Position numbers and translations under genes: made by a program. The notes below the pieces were generated by a model that saw only the letters and a list, made by a program, of their open reading frames with translations, was not told the DNA's origin and searched no databases. Below are positions 51,200 to 63,633 of a DNA stretch of 64,000 bases, piece by piece; the stretch's first letter is position 1, and every line of letters starts with the position of its first letter. This DNA is from Hypanus sabinus (Eukaryota): the NCBI RefSeq assembly GCF_030144855.1, contig NC_082722.1, positions 26,722,001 through 26,786,000 on the forward strand. Reading direction: 5' to 3'.

Positions 51200-51830
51200 G
51201 AACGTAAGCATGGATTTCTCAAGGAAAATCGTCTCTCACAAACTTGATTCAGTTGTTTTGAAGAGGCTGTGCAGAAAACTGCTGAGGGCAGGAATGTAAA
51301 CTATATCTTAAGTGAATTTTGCACGATCCTGTACAGCAGTCTTGTATAGAATGTTGGACAACACGGGAGCCAGACTGAGCCAGACAACTGAGCACAAGAA
51401 CACAAAATTGGTTTCATAGAGGAATTCAGATGGTGATAGTGGAGATTTGAGACGGAGAGTGAAGGCCTGCAACTAGTGATGTACTGAAGAGGTAGCATCT
51501 GGTTCTAGTATTGTTTAACATCTTTAAAATATTTAGTTGATAGTATTTGTAAGTTGTTAAAAAAATTCAGGATGCTGTGGAATTAGTGAAAAAAAAACAG
51601 ACAGTGAAAATTAACTAAGACAAGGAACTGGAAAAGTGGGTCTAGTAATTGCAGATCGAGTTTAACTGGGACATTTAAAAAGTGTTGCATTTTGATTAGT
51701 TTAACTGGGGGAGGGAATTGTACAATGGATTGTCTTGGGCGTTGAAGTAGAACACGGTGACTGAGAGATGCAGGCACGCTGATCTGTAAAATTGTCGACA
51801 GAGGTGAACAGGCAGGGAAAGAAGTTGTTT
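51200..51830 (+). mobile_element. Degraded CR1 RT fragment
   Basis: Remnants of the DFSK/VVYKDF and DLxxL..W motifs. Confidence 0.5.
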
Positions 51831-51849
51831 GTCACAATTAACTCAGTTC

Positions 51850-52560
51850 AGATTCAGAATCAGGTTTATTATCACCGGTATGTGTCGTGATGCTTGTGAA
51901 GTTAGCAGTGACAGTTCAATTCGATCCATAATGCAGATAAATAAAAATGAATAAATAAAATAAATATATAAATTAATCTATTAGAGTATATGTTTTTAGA
52001 TAGATTTAAAAAGGTGCAAAAGCAAAAATAACATGTATTTAAAAAGCGGTAGTATTCACGGGTTCAATGTCCATTTAGGAATCCGATCGTAGAGGGGAAG
52101 AAGCTGTTCCTGAATTGCTGAGCGTGTGCCTTCAGGCTTCTGTACCTCCTACTTGATAGTAACAGTGAGAAAAGAGAATGTCCTGGGTGTTGCAGTACTT
52201 TAGTAATGGACGCTGCCTTTCTGAGACACTGCTCCTTGAAGATGCGCTGAGTACTTTATAGGCTTATACCAAAGATGGAGCCTAACTAAATTTACGACAC
52301 TCTGCAGCTACTTTCTGTTCCGCGCAGTATCCCACCACTCCACCCCCATACCAGACAGTGACGCAGTTTGTAAGAATGTTCTGCACAGAACAATTACAAC
52401 AATTTTTGTGTGTATTTGTTGACATAGCACATCTCTTCAAACACGTAATGAAGTAAAGACGCTGCCTTGCCTTATTAACGGCTGCATCGATATATTGTGT
52501 CTGGGTTAGATCCTCAGAGAGCTTAATACCCAGGGTCTCGAAACTGAACATTCTTTCGCC
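51850..52560 (-). mobile_element. Rex1/Babar-like LINE 3' end
   Basis: LGIKLSEDLTQTQYIDAAVNKARQRLYFITCLKR...SVQNILTNCVTVWYG; ttcagattcagaatcag tail. Confidence 0.78.
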
Positions 52561-52586
52561 TCTGATCCCTCTGTGAGGATTGAAGT

Positions 52587-55500
52587 TTATTCATAGAAAC
52601 ATACAAATATAGAAAATAGGTGCAGGAGTACGCCATTCGGCCCTTCGAGCCTGCACCGCCATTCAGTATGATCATGGCTGATCATCCAACTCAGAACCCT
52701 GTACCTGGTTTCTCTCCATACCCCTTGATCCCTTTAGCCATAAGAGCTATATCTAACTTCTTCTTAAATATAGCTAATGAACCGGCCTCAACTGTTTCCT
52801 GTGGCAGAGAATTGCACAGATTCACCACTCCCTGTGTGAAGAAATTTTTCCTCATCTCGGTCCTAAAAGGCTTCCCCTTTATCCTTAGACTGTGACCCCT
52901 CGTTCTGGACTTCGCCAACATCGGAAACAATCTTCCTGCATCTAACCTGTCCAATCCCTTTAGAATTTTATACGTTTCTATAAGATCCCCCCTCAATCTT
53001 CTAATTCCAGCGAGTATAAGCCTAGTCGATCCAGTCATTCTTCATCTGAAAGTCCTGCCATCCCAGGAATCAATCTGGTGCACCTTCTTTGTACTCCCTC
53101 TATGGCAGGAATGTCTTTCCTGAGATTAGGGGACCAAAACTGCACACAATACTCTAGGTGCGGTCTCACCAAGGCCTTATACAACTGCAGTAGAACCTCC
53201 CTGCTCCTGTACTCAAACCCTTTTGCTATGAATGCCAACATACCATTTGCCTTTTTCACCGCCTGCTGTACCTGCCTGCCCACCTTCAATGACTGGTGTA
53301 CATTGACACCAAGGTCTCGTTGCACTTTCCCTTTTCCTAATCGGCCACCGGTCAGATAATTATCTGTTTTCCTGTTCTTGCAACCAAAGTGGATAACCTC
53401 ACATTTATCCACATTTAATTGCATCTGCCATGAATTTGCCCACTCAACTAACAAGTCATTCTGCATCCTCTTAGCATCCTCCTCACAGCTAACACCGCCG
53501 CCCAGATTTGTGTCATCCGCAAACTTGAGGATGCTGCATTTAATTCCCTCGTCTAAATCATTAATAAATATTGTAAACAACTGGGGTCCGAGCTTTGAGC
53601 CTTGCGGTACCCCACTAGTCACTGCCTGCCATTCTGAAAAGCTCCCGTTTACTCCCACTTTTTGCTTCCTGTCTGCCAACCAATTCTCTATCCACATCAA
53701 TACCATACCCCCAATACCATGTGCGTTAAATTTGCACACCAATCTCCTGAGTGGGACCTTGCCAAAACCCTTCTGAAAATCTAAATATACCACATCCACT
53801 GGCTTTCCCCTATCCACTCTACTAGTTACATCTTCAAAAATTTCTATAAGAATCGTCAGACATGATTTTCCTTTCACAAATCCATGCTGACTTTGTTCGA
53901 TGATTTCACCTCTTTCCAAATGTGCTGTTATCACATTTTTGATAACCGACTCTAGCATTTTCCCCACCACCGATGTCAGACTAACCGTTCTACAATTCCC
54001 CGGTTTTTCTCTCTCGCCTTTTTTAAAAAAGTGGGTTTACATTAGCTACCCTCCATTGCTGAAGAAGTAATCCAGAATCTAAGGAGTTTTGAAAAATATC
54101 ATTAATGCATCCACTATTACTTGGGCTCCCACATTAAACACTCTGGGATGCAGACCATCTGGCCCTAGTGGTGTATCTGCCTTTAATCCCTTCAATTTAC
54201 CTAACACCATTTCCCGACTAACATGTATTTTCCTCATTTCCTCCATCTCACTGGACCCTCAGTCCCTTACTATTTCCGGAAGATTATTTATGTCCTCCTT
54301 AGTGAAGACAGAACCTAAGTAGTTATTCAATTGGTCTGCCATGTCTTTGATCCCTATGATCAATTCACCTGTTTCTGACTGTAAAGGACGTATATTTGTC
54401 TTGACCGATCTTTTTCTTTTCGCAAATCTATAAAAGCTTTTACAGTGAGTTTTTATGTTCCCTGCCAGCGTTCTGTCATAATCTTGTTTCCCTTTCCTAA
54501 TTAAGCCCTTTGCCCTCCTCTGCTAGTCTCTGATTTTCTCCCAGTCCTCAGATGTGCCGCTTTTTTTTTGCTGATTTATACGTTTCTTCTTTGCACTTTA
54601 TGATACTACCCCTAATTTTCCTTGTCAGCCACGGGTGCCCTACCTTCCCTGGTTTATTCTTTTGCCAAATTGGGATGAATAATCGTTGTAGTTCATCCAT
54701 GTAATCTTGAAATGGTTGCCATTGCATATCCACCGTCAACCCTTTAAGTATCATTTGCAAGTCTATCTTAGCTAATTCACGTCTCATACCTTCAAAGTTA
54801 CCCTTTCTTAAGTTCTGAAGCTTTGTTTCTGAATTAACTATGTTCCTCTCCATTATAATGAAGAATTCCTCCATATTATGGTCACTCTTACCCAAGGGGC
54901 CTCGTACGACAAGGTTGCTAACTCACCCTTCCTCATTGCTCAGAACCCAATCTAGAATGGCCTGCTCTCTAGTTGATTCCTCGACATGTTGGTTCAGAAA
55001 ACCAACCCGCATACATTCCAAGAAATCCTCTTCCTCAGCACCCTTAACAATTTGGGTCTCCCAATCTATATGTAGATTGTAGTCACCCATTATAACTGCT
55101 GTTCCTTCATTGCACGCATTTCTAATTCCCTGCTTAATGCCATCCCCAACCTCACTACTACTGTTAGGTGGCCTGTACACAAACCACTCCAGCGTTTTCT
55201 GCCCCTTAGTGTTCTACAGCTATACCCATATCGATTCCACATCCTCTAGGCTAATGTCCTTCCCTTCTGTTGGGTTCATCTCCTCTCTAACCAGCAATGC
55301 TACCCCACCTCCTTTTATTTCCTGTCTATCCCTCCTGAATATTGAATATCCCTAGATGGTGATCTCCCATCCTTTCTCACCCTGGAGAAATGTCTCTCTG
55401 ATCCCAACTATATCATATTCATTGATAACTATCTGTACATTCAATTCATCCACCTTGTTACGACTGCTCCTCACATTGACACACAAAGCCTTCAGGTTTA

Positions 55501-56850
55501 TTTTTAAAACATTCTTAGCCCTTATACCATTATGTGGAAAAGTGACCCTTTTTGGTTTTTGCCCTGTATTTACCTGCCTGCCACTTTTACTTTTCAGCTT
55601 ACTACATTTTGCTTCTACCCTCAGTTACACCCCTCTGTCTTTCTGCACTTGTTCCCATCCCCATGCCACTTTAGTTTAAATTATCCTGAACAGCAGTAGC
55701 AAACGCTCCCCCTAGGACCTTGGTTTCAGTCCAGCCCAGGTACAGACATCCTGTTTATACCGGTCCCACCTTTCCCAGAACTGGTTCCAATGCCCCAGAA
55801 ATTTGAATCCCTCCCCCTTGCACCATTTTTCAAGCCACGTGTTCATTTGAAATATCCTCCTATTTCTACACTGACTAGCACGTGGCACTGGTAGTAATCC
55901 AGAGATTATTACCTTTGTGGTCCTACTGTATAGTTTATATCCTAACTCCCTAAATTCACCTTGTAGGACCTCATCCCGTTTTTTACCTATATCGTTGGTA
56001 CCTATGTGCACCACGACCACTGGCTCTTCACCCTCCCACTGTGGAATGTCCTGTAGCTCTCAGAGACATCCTTGACCCTTGCAGCAGGGAGGCAACATAT
56101 CATCCTGGAGTCTCGTTTGCGACTGTAGGAACGCCTATCTATTCCCCTTACAATCGAATCCGCTCAACTATAGCTCAACCACTCCTTTTCCTTCCCTCCT
56201 GTGCCGCAGAGCCACCCATGGTGAAATGAACTCGGCTGCTGCTGCCTTCTCTTGATGAGGCATCTCCCCCAAGAGTATACAAAACAGTATTTCTGTTTAG
56301 GAGGGAGATGATCTCACGGGACTCCAGCACTACCTGCCTACTGCTACGCTGTCTAGTGGCCACCCCTCCCTTTCTGCCTGTGTAGCATTTACCTGCGATG
56401 TGGCCAACGCACTGAACGTGCTATTCTCGACTTTATCAGCATCGCGGATGCTCCAGTATGAATCCAATAGCAACTCCAGACGCACAATGCGTTATGCCAG
56501 AAGCCGCAGCTGGACACATTTCCTGCACATATAGTCGTTAGGGACACTGGGAGTATCCCTGATTTCCCAGGATGAACAAACAACGGGGCCGATCGCAGCT
56601 ACCATGAACTACCCAATGCTTGCCTCAACTTTTGAAACTCTCTCCTTTGAAAGGAACTTACCTGGCCTTACCTCACTTGGAGTGAAGCTCGTCCTCAACC
56701 TCTGCTCGCCAAAGCCTCTCAGGACAAAGCCTTCCTACTCTGTCTCCCTCTACTCCGTCGCCCGCTACAACGTCGCTCGCTCTGTCTACTATTCTCTTTA
56801 AATACTCCCGCTGCCTCACGGTCCTACTTACACGCGCTTGCGCAGTCGTG
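52587..56850 (-). mobile_element. Full-length-like CR1 LINE, best preserved copy
   Basis: 5' UTR ~56600-56850. ORF1 with Cys-rich N-terminus and SGNH esterase (VVVHIGTNDIG...VIISGLLPVPRAS). APE (MYRPPNSS, IMGDYN, LGKSDHN). RT. catagaaacata tail at the 3' end. Confidence 0.93.
53035..53970 (-). CDS. CR1 ORF2 reverse transcriptase domain (longest open segment, 311 aa)
   Basis: QHGFVKGKSCLT, DVVYLDFQK, SGVPQGSKLGPQLFTIFINDLD, KFADDT. Confidence 0.92.
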   Translation of the reverse strand: MVGKMLESVIKNVITAHLERGEIIEQSQHGFVKGKSCLTILIEIFEDVTSRVDRGKPVDVVYLDFQKGFGKVPLRRLVCKFNAHGIGGMVLMWIENWLADRKQKVGVNGSFSEWQAVTSGVPQGSKLGPQLFTIFINDLDEGIKCSILKFADDTNLGGGVSCEEDAKRMQNDLLVEWANSWQMQLNVDKCEVIHFGCKNRKTDNYLTGGRLGKGKVQRDLGVNVHQSLKVGRQVQQAVKKANGMLAFIAKGFEYRSREVLLQLYKALVRPHLEYCVQFWSPNLRKDIPAIEGVQRRCTRLIPGMAGLSDEE

Positions 56851-56899
56851 CAGGGTATTCCTTCGTTTTATCCTTCCTGAAGCTCACAAACATCTCCTT

Positions 56900-57480
56900 C
56901 GTCTTACTGACGTTGACTGAAAGTTGTGGAACTGTGTGCAGGACCTGGGACGTCATGTTCAACTGTAAAAATCGTTGGTGAAACATGGTATTGTGCATTC
57001 ATTGGTGAAAGGTAAGCTGTGCATTTTGATCGCCAACAACATAAGAGATGCTATGAAGCTTAAGATAGTGCAGAAAAGATTGTTAAATATGTTAGTAGGA
57101 CAGCGCGCTTTTAACTGTAGGAACAGACTGGGGCTGTTCATCCCCAGAGCACAGGTGGTTGTGCGGTAACCTATATATGTAATGTCAGGAAAGGCGTGAG
57201 TAGGGGTATTTTCATAGTCTTTTATCCAGAATCGGTTAACTGAAATTGAGAATACATCGATTCCAGGAGAGAGAGGAAATATTTCAAAGAGTCCAGGGAA
57301 AGTTTTTCAGCAAAAGAGGTTTTTTTTAAAAAAAAATACAACGGAGTTCCACATGAACCTATAGAACTGGGTACGATTCCAATGTTTGAAGTACATTTGG
57401 ATTGGTACATAGTCAGAAAAAGGTTATTGTGGTGAGATCCAAACGCAGCCAAATATGACGAGCTGGGGTGTTCAATAGTC
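56900..57480 (+). mobile_element. CR1 LINE 3' fragment
   Basis: VQKRLLNMLVG...RLGLF remnants and 3' UTR-like sequence. Confidence 0.6.
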
Positions 57481-57926
57481 CAATAGTTCAATAGTTCCAT
57501 TTCAATATGAAAAAATGCATACAATATACAAACTGAAATTATTGATATTTGCAGACATCCATGAGAACAGAAGAGTACTCCAAACAATGAATGAGGGCGG
57601 AAAGGTTGGAATTGGTGTTAGAAACTTTACAGAACGTTAGAAGGCTTTGCGGAGCCTTCCCCTACCCCTTCCAAGCATAAGCACCACCTTCCCTAAACTG
57701 TTGCACCTACCCCAGCATTCAACCAATAGCAAAGACCCCAAGGGAGCATGATTTGCAATACAGAAAAGCTAATCGCCTTGCCAAAGAATTCAACATGCTC
57801 CATCGCCCTCTCTCCCGACTAAAGGGACACATAGCGAAAGAGGGAAGCAAGAAAGCAAACAACTCGTTGAGCTATGGCTTTAAAGTCTGCATCGCTCTTT
57901 TTCGAGTTCTCCGTCGATAATAGGCA
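57480..57926 (-). mobile_element. Probable LINE 3' UTR fragment (Rex/Babar-like tail)
   Basis: ttcaatagtccaatagttcaatagttccatt microsatellite-like tail followed by a UTR-like sequence. Confidence 0.45.
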
Positions 57927-58191
57927 NNNNNNNNNNNNNNNNNNNNNNNNNNNNNNNNNNNNNNNNNNNNNNNNNNNNNNNNNNNNNNNNNNNNNNNNNN
58001 NNNNNNNNNNNNNNNNNNNNNNNNNNNNNNNNNNNNNNNNNNNNNNNNNNNNNNNNNNNNNNNNNNNNNNNNNNNNNNNNNNNNNNNNNNNNNNNNNNNN
58101 NNNNNNNNNNNNNNNNNNNNNNNNNNNNNNNNNNNNNNNNNNNNNNNNNNNNNNNNNNNNNNNNNNNNNNNNNNNNNNNNNNNNNNNNNNN
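57927..58191. other. Assembly gap (N run)
   Basis: 265 N. Confidence 1.
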
Positions 58192-59303
58192 NAGAGTAGG
58201 ACCTCACATGTGTACTGAATTTCAGTGCAAAAGAAAAACCTCCCTGGAGTTTAGAATTCCAAGGTATGCTCTCCTACTAGAGAACAATAATGGGAATCAC
58301 ATTCGAGGAGAAAACGAAGTTCAGAGTACTGATAACAAAGTAAAAGATATATTTAGCTGTTGGGGTGAAAATCTGAGAATCTTCAAATTTATCCAAAAAA
58401 AAAAACCCGATTCAACCGTTGAAATCGATTCCGATTTGACAAACCGAGTTAACACCGAGTTAACCGAGTTAACAATTAAACCAATGTTCTCAAGATTCGG
58501 ATCAGTCTATTGATGTAAACCCATTAATTATGTAATAATTATTCATGTGCATGGTTTTCTCACGTAAGATCTTTCCCCAGCTATCGGGATCTTTGACATA
58601 GTATTTTTTTTACACACACATCTTGCAATTACTGCAAATTCCACGATACTTTCAGTTATAACGTAAAAGGTACTCGGTAGAATCAAGGGCAAGAAACAAA
58701 GTCAAAGCCTTAGATTTATAACCTTTCCTCGGGTTAACCTTTCCTCTGTTCTGTTACTCCCTCCATCAAAATTCAGCCACAAAGGTGTTGTCACGAGAAC
58801 GCGTTGCGAAATTCGAACATCGTCCGATTTCCCTCCGTTGAACGTTGATATAAGTGTGCAAGAATAGATTTTCAAACGGCGGGTTTTCATTGTCAAAAAA
58901 AAATTCTCGCCGATGGTAGCGAATATCTGGGTTTATTTATCATCCTGTAAGGTATGTGGGGCAAATCTATTCGGAAACGTTCAAGGGGAAGTAAGTTTTT
59001 TTTTTCTTGGAATCAACGGGTCTATGTAGTAGACCGGAAGAGGAGACTCCGACTGACCATTATCATCTTGAATGGCCGGAATGGATTATTGCTGTTCTTT
59101 TCTTAATTTTCTTTCTTCGTTTTTATTTTTATAACAGCAGCCTCTAATGAATCGAAGAACGTCAAAGATCAAAATGATCATTTATCTGCCCAATTGTTAC
59201 ATGTGATATCGATCATCAACCTTTGATGGACGGAAGAAACGAAACGTAGCGATGCTCTGGCCTACACTCATTGATAATATCTGGCTATGAACTGCAATTG
59301 GCT

Positions 59304-59435
59304 TCACAGCTTCTTTGATGTATTTACATCTGCGTACAATGTATGCTTGCTTTGATGTTTGGATGCCTGTGTGTAATTCGAATCAGAAATCTGCAAAGCG
59401 GCATAAGTCCGTTTTTCAGCTCCATTTCCTTTAGT
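59304..59435 (-). CDS. Receptor copy D: intact terminal exon with ITIM-like and ITSM motifs
   Basis: tactttcacag|ACT, phase 0. Reads TKGNGAEKRTYAALQISDSNYTQASKHQSKHTLYADVNTSKKL*. Confidence 0.9.
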   Translation of the reverse strand, partial: TKGNGAEKRTYAALQISDSNYTQASKHQSKHTLYADVNTSKKL

Positions 59436-60039
59436 CTGTGAAAGTAATGCAAAATCAGCGGTTAGTCGAGCATTTAGTGACTAATTGAATCACACGATTA
59501 TAAGATAAGTTATAGATGTAGTCATAAGTAATGAACTTTAGTTGTTTTCGCTTTATACACAATTATTTCAACGCTGTTTCAAGCTTTCCATTAATTATTT
59601 ATATATGAGCGTTTCTTTCATAATTAAAAGGAACTTTAACAAAAGTAAGTTACGAGATTAGAGGAATCCTTGAAGTAGCAGTTACGGTACAAAATAATTG
59701 GCTAAATTATAATACAATAGTATTTTCTGTCATATGTGACTGATTGCCGCATCCTGTTTCGTTTATGGAGCTCACAGGTGTTTGCTCAGCCACACCTGCC
59801 AACACAGTTCCAAATGCACATGGACATTGTTGTCAGTGGACAGCTCATAACTGATAGAATGAATGTTGCCTCTTTGTTTAGTCAGGCTCTCTGATTACAG
59901 TTTTGACACAATTCGGTATTTCCGGTAGCTCAATTTTCCTCGGTTATTATCAGACACTCGCGTTTATTATGGAGCCGATAATGGGCGTTGGGAAGGATGT
60001 AATTCCTAGTTTTGTGCTGTTTGGCTTTTCCTCACGTGC

Positions 60040-60600
60040 AAACTACATGTAAAAATAAATTCGTAAAAACAAGGAACAGGTAATCTCTGGAGATTCTGCA
60101 GATACTGGAAATCCTGAAGAATTCAAAGAAAATATTGAAGGAATTCATTTGGTAAGGCAACATGCAAGGAGGTAAATAAACTGTCGATTGTTTCTGGCAG
60201 AGACGCTTTAACAGGACTGGAAATGAGGGAATTGAATCCAGAATATAAAGGTGTGGAGGGGGTGCGGAAAAATTAGCAGGTGACAGGGGAAAAGAGGTGA
60301 GTGCGAAGGTGTGTGCATGACTGGGATGGGAATGACTTAAGAAGCTGAGACCTGTCGGGTGGAAAAGGTAAAAGGTGTCTGAAAGAGTCAGACACGGGAG
60401 GACAGTGGACCCTGCAAAGTGGAAGAAGGAGGAGCACATGGTTGGAGGGCAGCCTGGTGGGCAGATGACGAGGAGTAAAGGAGAAACGGAGAATGGAAAA
60501 AAGAAAGAATGGAATGATGGAGAAATTCCCAAACGTGAGAGAAATCGACATTAATGTCTTCGTGCTGGAGTCTCCATAGGTGGAATAAAATATTATGCTT
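60040..60600 (-). mobile_element. Penelope-like tail fragment within copy D intron
   Basis: gagattctgcagatactggaaatc...ctgtcgattgtttctggcagagacgctttaacaggactgg and purine-rich tail. Confidence 0.72.
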
Positions 60601-60724
60601 GTACCAGAACGTTAAACTGTTTCACTGAAAGGGGATTAGCTATGACGAACTTTATATTTTGTTACAGTGTCAATGGTATCCTCAAGTTTGTAAAATTATC
60701 TTTCTATTGGATGATTATATATGT

Positions 60725-60850
60725 GAAACCTCTGCGGTACTCCGGTTTCCTCCCATGACTTACAGGTTAGGAGGTCAATTGGTCACGTCGGTGTGACTGA
60801 GCGGCAGTAGCTAGTTGTACCGGAAGGGCCGGTTACCGTGATATATCTCT
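60725..60850 (+). mobile_element. V-SINE (HE1-like) fragment
   Basis: Contains gcggtactccggtttcctccca, the conserved V-SINE core, followed by a gggcc...tgtatctct-like 3' segment. Confidence 0.5.
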
Positions 60851-62846
60851 AATTCAAATCTATATCACATTCACGCTAATCTCTGTGCTTTACCTGGGAG
60901 TAGATAACGCGCTCTTCCTGTTGTCGATCTTTGTGAACTGGTTTGTTCTCCATCTGGTTTAGTGAGGCATAGGCAGTGGTATGCTCAATCGGTGCTTGTT
61001 CAGCCTGTTTGAAAAATATTTATTACATACAACTAACTGATACAGAGCTCAGTGATCATAAACTAAATTAGATTTGCCAAATCTAAACTCCGAGGATAAA
61101 AAAAAATGGAATAACATTGTGTCTGCCCACAATGATACTGTCCATACATCATACGGGAGGTGGGATCTCGACGGTTTCAGTCTGGAAGTCGCTATGTTTA
61201 GACTTTCAAATCACCGCTTCTAACAGTCCTAGGAATTGGTTGGGGTTCTCAGTTCGAGCCATCTCTGCTTTTTCATCTCTTAAATCCAATCTCTTAAATC
61301 GCTCTACATTCTGTGCATATGCACAGGCCCATGTTCTATCTTTTACGCATGCGTCGAATTATCGTAATGATTGCCTTGATCAGAATTCGTCCCTGCGCTG
61401 CAAACTGAAATTGTGACTCATACCACTCACTTTATTTAAGTTGAGGATATTGGAGCAAATGGCAAGTCCTGATGCTAAGTTTCGCTTAAATCAAGCTGGA
61501 AACAGAGGAGCGGCATTCTGGTCCTCTGATGATTTGATTGGTTTTGCTGGTAAATCACTTAAATTACGATCGAAATAGGAAGAACCAATAGACGTAGTAA
61601 ATGATAAAAATGTCATTTGTTCTGCTGAAGTAGTGGCATAACATTCCAGAGTAATAAAGTAATCGTAAAATATTATCATGAATGCTTCATCTTCAAATTG
61701 GATATTAACCTAAGAAGTAGCCCTACGTTTCCGGAAGTGTTACGAACACGTAGACTTTTTACCATAATTAAATCAGTGATGTATGTATAACTACTGTAGC
61801 TTAGTTCCTACAGTCGCTAAATTTGCACCTAATGTCGTCACGTAAAATTAAACCTAAATGGGTTAAACTGGGGAATGTGATTAATGAAACACAAGAATAC
61901 AAAGGCTATTATGAGTATGAATCCAGGTAGCAAAAAAAAAATAGTATCATTGAAGTGCTGGAAACATCAAGTAAAACAGAGAAATAGAACACATGAGATT
62001 TTAGTAGATCAGGAGCCACCATTTAAAAGGATGTAGTTAGCGTTCACGTTCCAATCTGCGGAAGGGTCTTCAATCTGGAATGTCAACTGGTTCTCTTTCC
62101 AAAATCGGTCACTGTCGACAGGTTATTTTCTGCTTTGGATCCGATTGGGTGACGACAATACTTTTATCCTTTTTCGGCTTTGCTTCCCACATTGAGGATA
62201 ATATTCATTCAGCGTGGCATCGTGGACCAGAAGGTGCCATGTGGAGTGTCTTTTAACACATGGTTATCATTGTTCACGACATACTACAGGGTTTTGTTGC
62301 AAGTATATTCGATTCCATTGCAAGTTGTGCACTGCTGTGTGGATCTTTGTTGCGGATCGGGGTTAAAACTGCATTTAATATTGCAACGACCATTTCAACA
62401 ATACAAGATTTCATTACATTTTTAGCTTGCTTACTGTCCGTCAGATCATATGTATCACACATTACGAATTAATTCTTGCACGTACTGCACTTTCCCATTG
62501 TCCAGTCAAATGCGATTTTCGTAAACTAGTATTTAGTGGTTTCCACAGTCTCAGATGCGTGTTGACTTAGTCGTCAAAACAACTGACCTTCCAATGTTAA
62601 ATATTACCGTTCCCCTTCCAAACCAACCGGCTATGAACTGGTGTGGAATTTTGAATGGATACAGGAAGCAGATGCAACGGAAACATTCAAATAACACTTG
62701 GATATGTACTTGAAAATAAAGATTTGACGGGGAAAATAGTTCTATTTTCCCTACTACGCTCCAAACAGTTGTGGAATAAAATAAATTCATGATATATTTG
62801 CTTTGCGAATATCCCGCTCTGAAACAAGACGAGTCGCTTCACATAC

Positions 62847-62890
62847 CTGGTGTACATTCTGACATCCGTCCAAAGAATTTGTGTTACCCC
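62847..62890 (-). CDS. Receptor copy D: 44-nt cytoplasmic exon
   Basis: ttttctgaag|GG GGT AAC...CAC CAG|gtatgt; reads (G)GNTNSLDGCQNVHQ, phase 1 to 0, in frame with both neighbouring exons. Confidence 0.85.
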
Positions 62891-63534
62891 CTTCAGAAAA
62901 GAAATCAAAAAGAAATGATTTGCATTGTAAACATGGTATATTATTCATTTGATACCAATCGAATGAATCATGTAAGTGGAACAGCTGAAGTTACGGATCT
63001 TTCAGAAAGTATTTGTTGGTAACAGTCCTGCAAATATATTGTGTTTTGCATTAACCTGCTGCTAGGCTCAAAAGGTTTTGACTTTCAACGAGGCTGTAAA
63101 GTGATAATAGCATAACAGTGGCGGTACCGTATTTAAGTATGGCAACCAAGATGGAAATTAAAAACAATGAGATATATATAAGTTGGTTAATGTTATTTAG
63201 ACAACCAGAGGGAGTTTAGATCTACGCCAAGTCATTTACGTTTCAAAATACGGATCTGCCATTGTATAAAAATATGACATTTGAAGAACTCGAAATGGAT
63301 GTAACGGCATTCGGAAATGAGATATGAAATACTTCCAGTGGATTGGAGAAATAGTTGAACTTTAATATCAAGCATGTATTTTGCCAGAATATTATTACTG
63401 AAATCCGGCTTCAAAAATCGGGATCCATGTCCAATCATTCTGTAAATGTCATTTACTGTTTTGAAGTTAAAAGTCGTTAACGCTTCTATTTTGTACGAAT
63501 AGAGGTGATGTTTCACAGCGATCAGTGTTCTTAC

Positions 63535-63633
63535 CGTGCGATCTCTTTAACTTGAGTTTCAGCAAAACTATTATCAGAATTAAAATTGCCAATCCGCCCA
63601 CTGCACATTCGAGAATCAATCTGGTATCAGCGC
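63535..63633 (-). CDS. Receptor copy D: transmembrane exon
   Basis: ttttcaag|...|gtaaga, 99 nt, phase 1/1. Reads ADTRLILECAVGGLAILILIIVLLKLKLKRSH, a hydrophobic helix followed by a basic stop-transfer segment. Confidence 0.88.
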
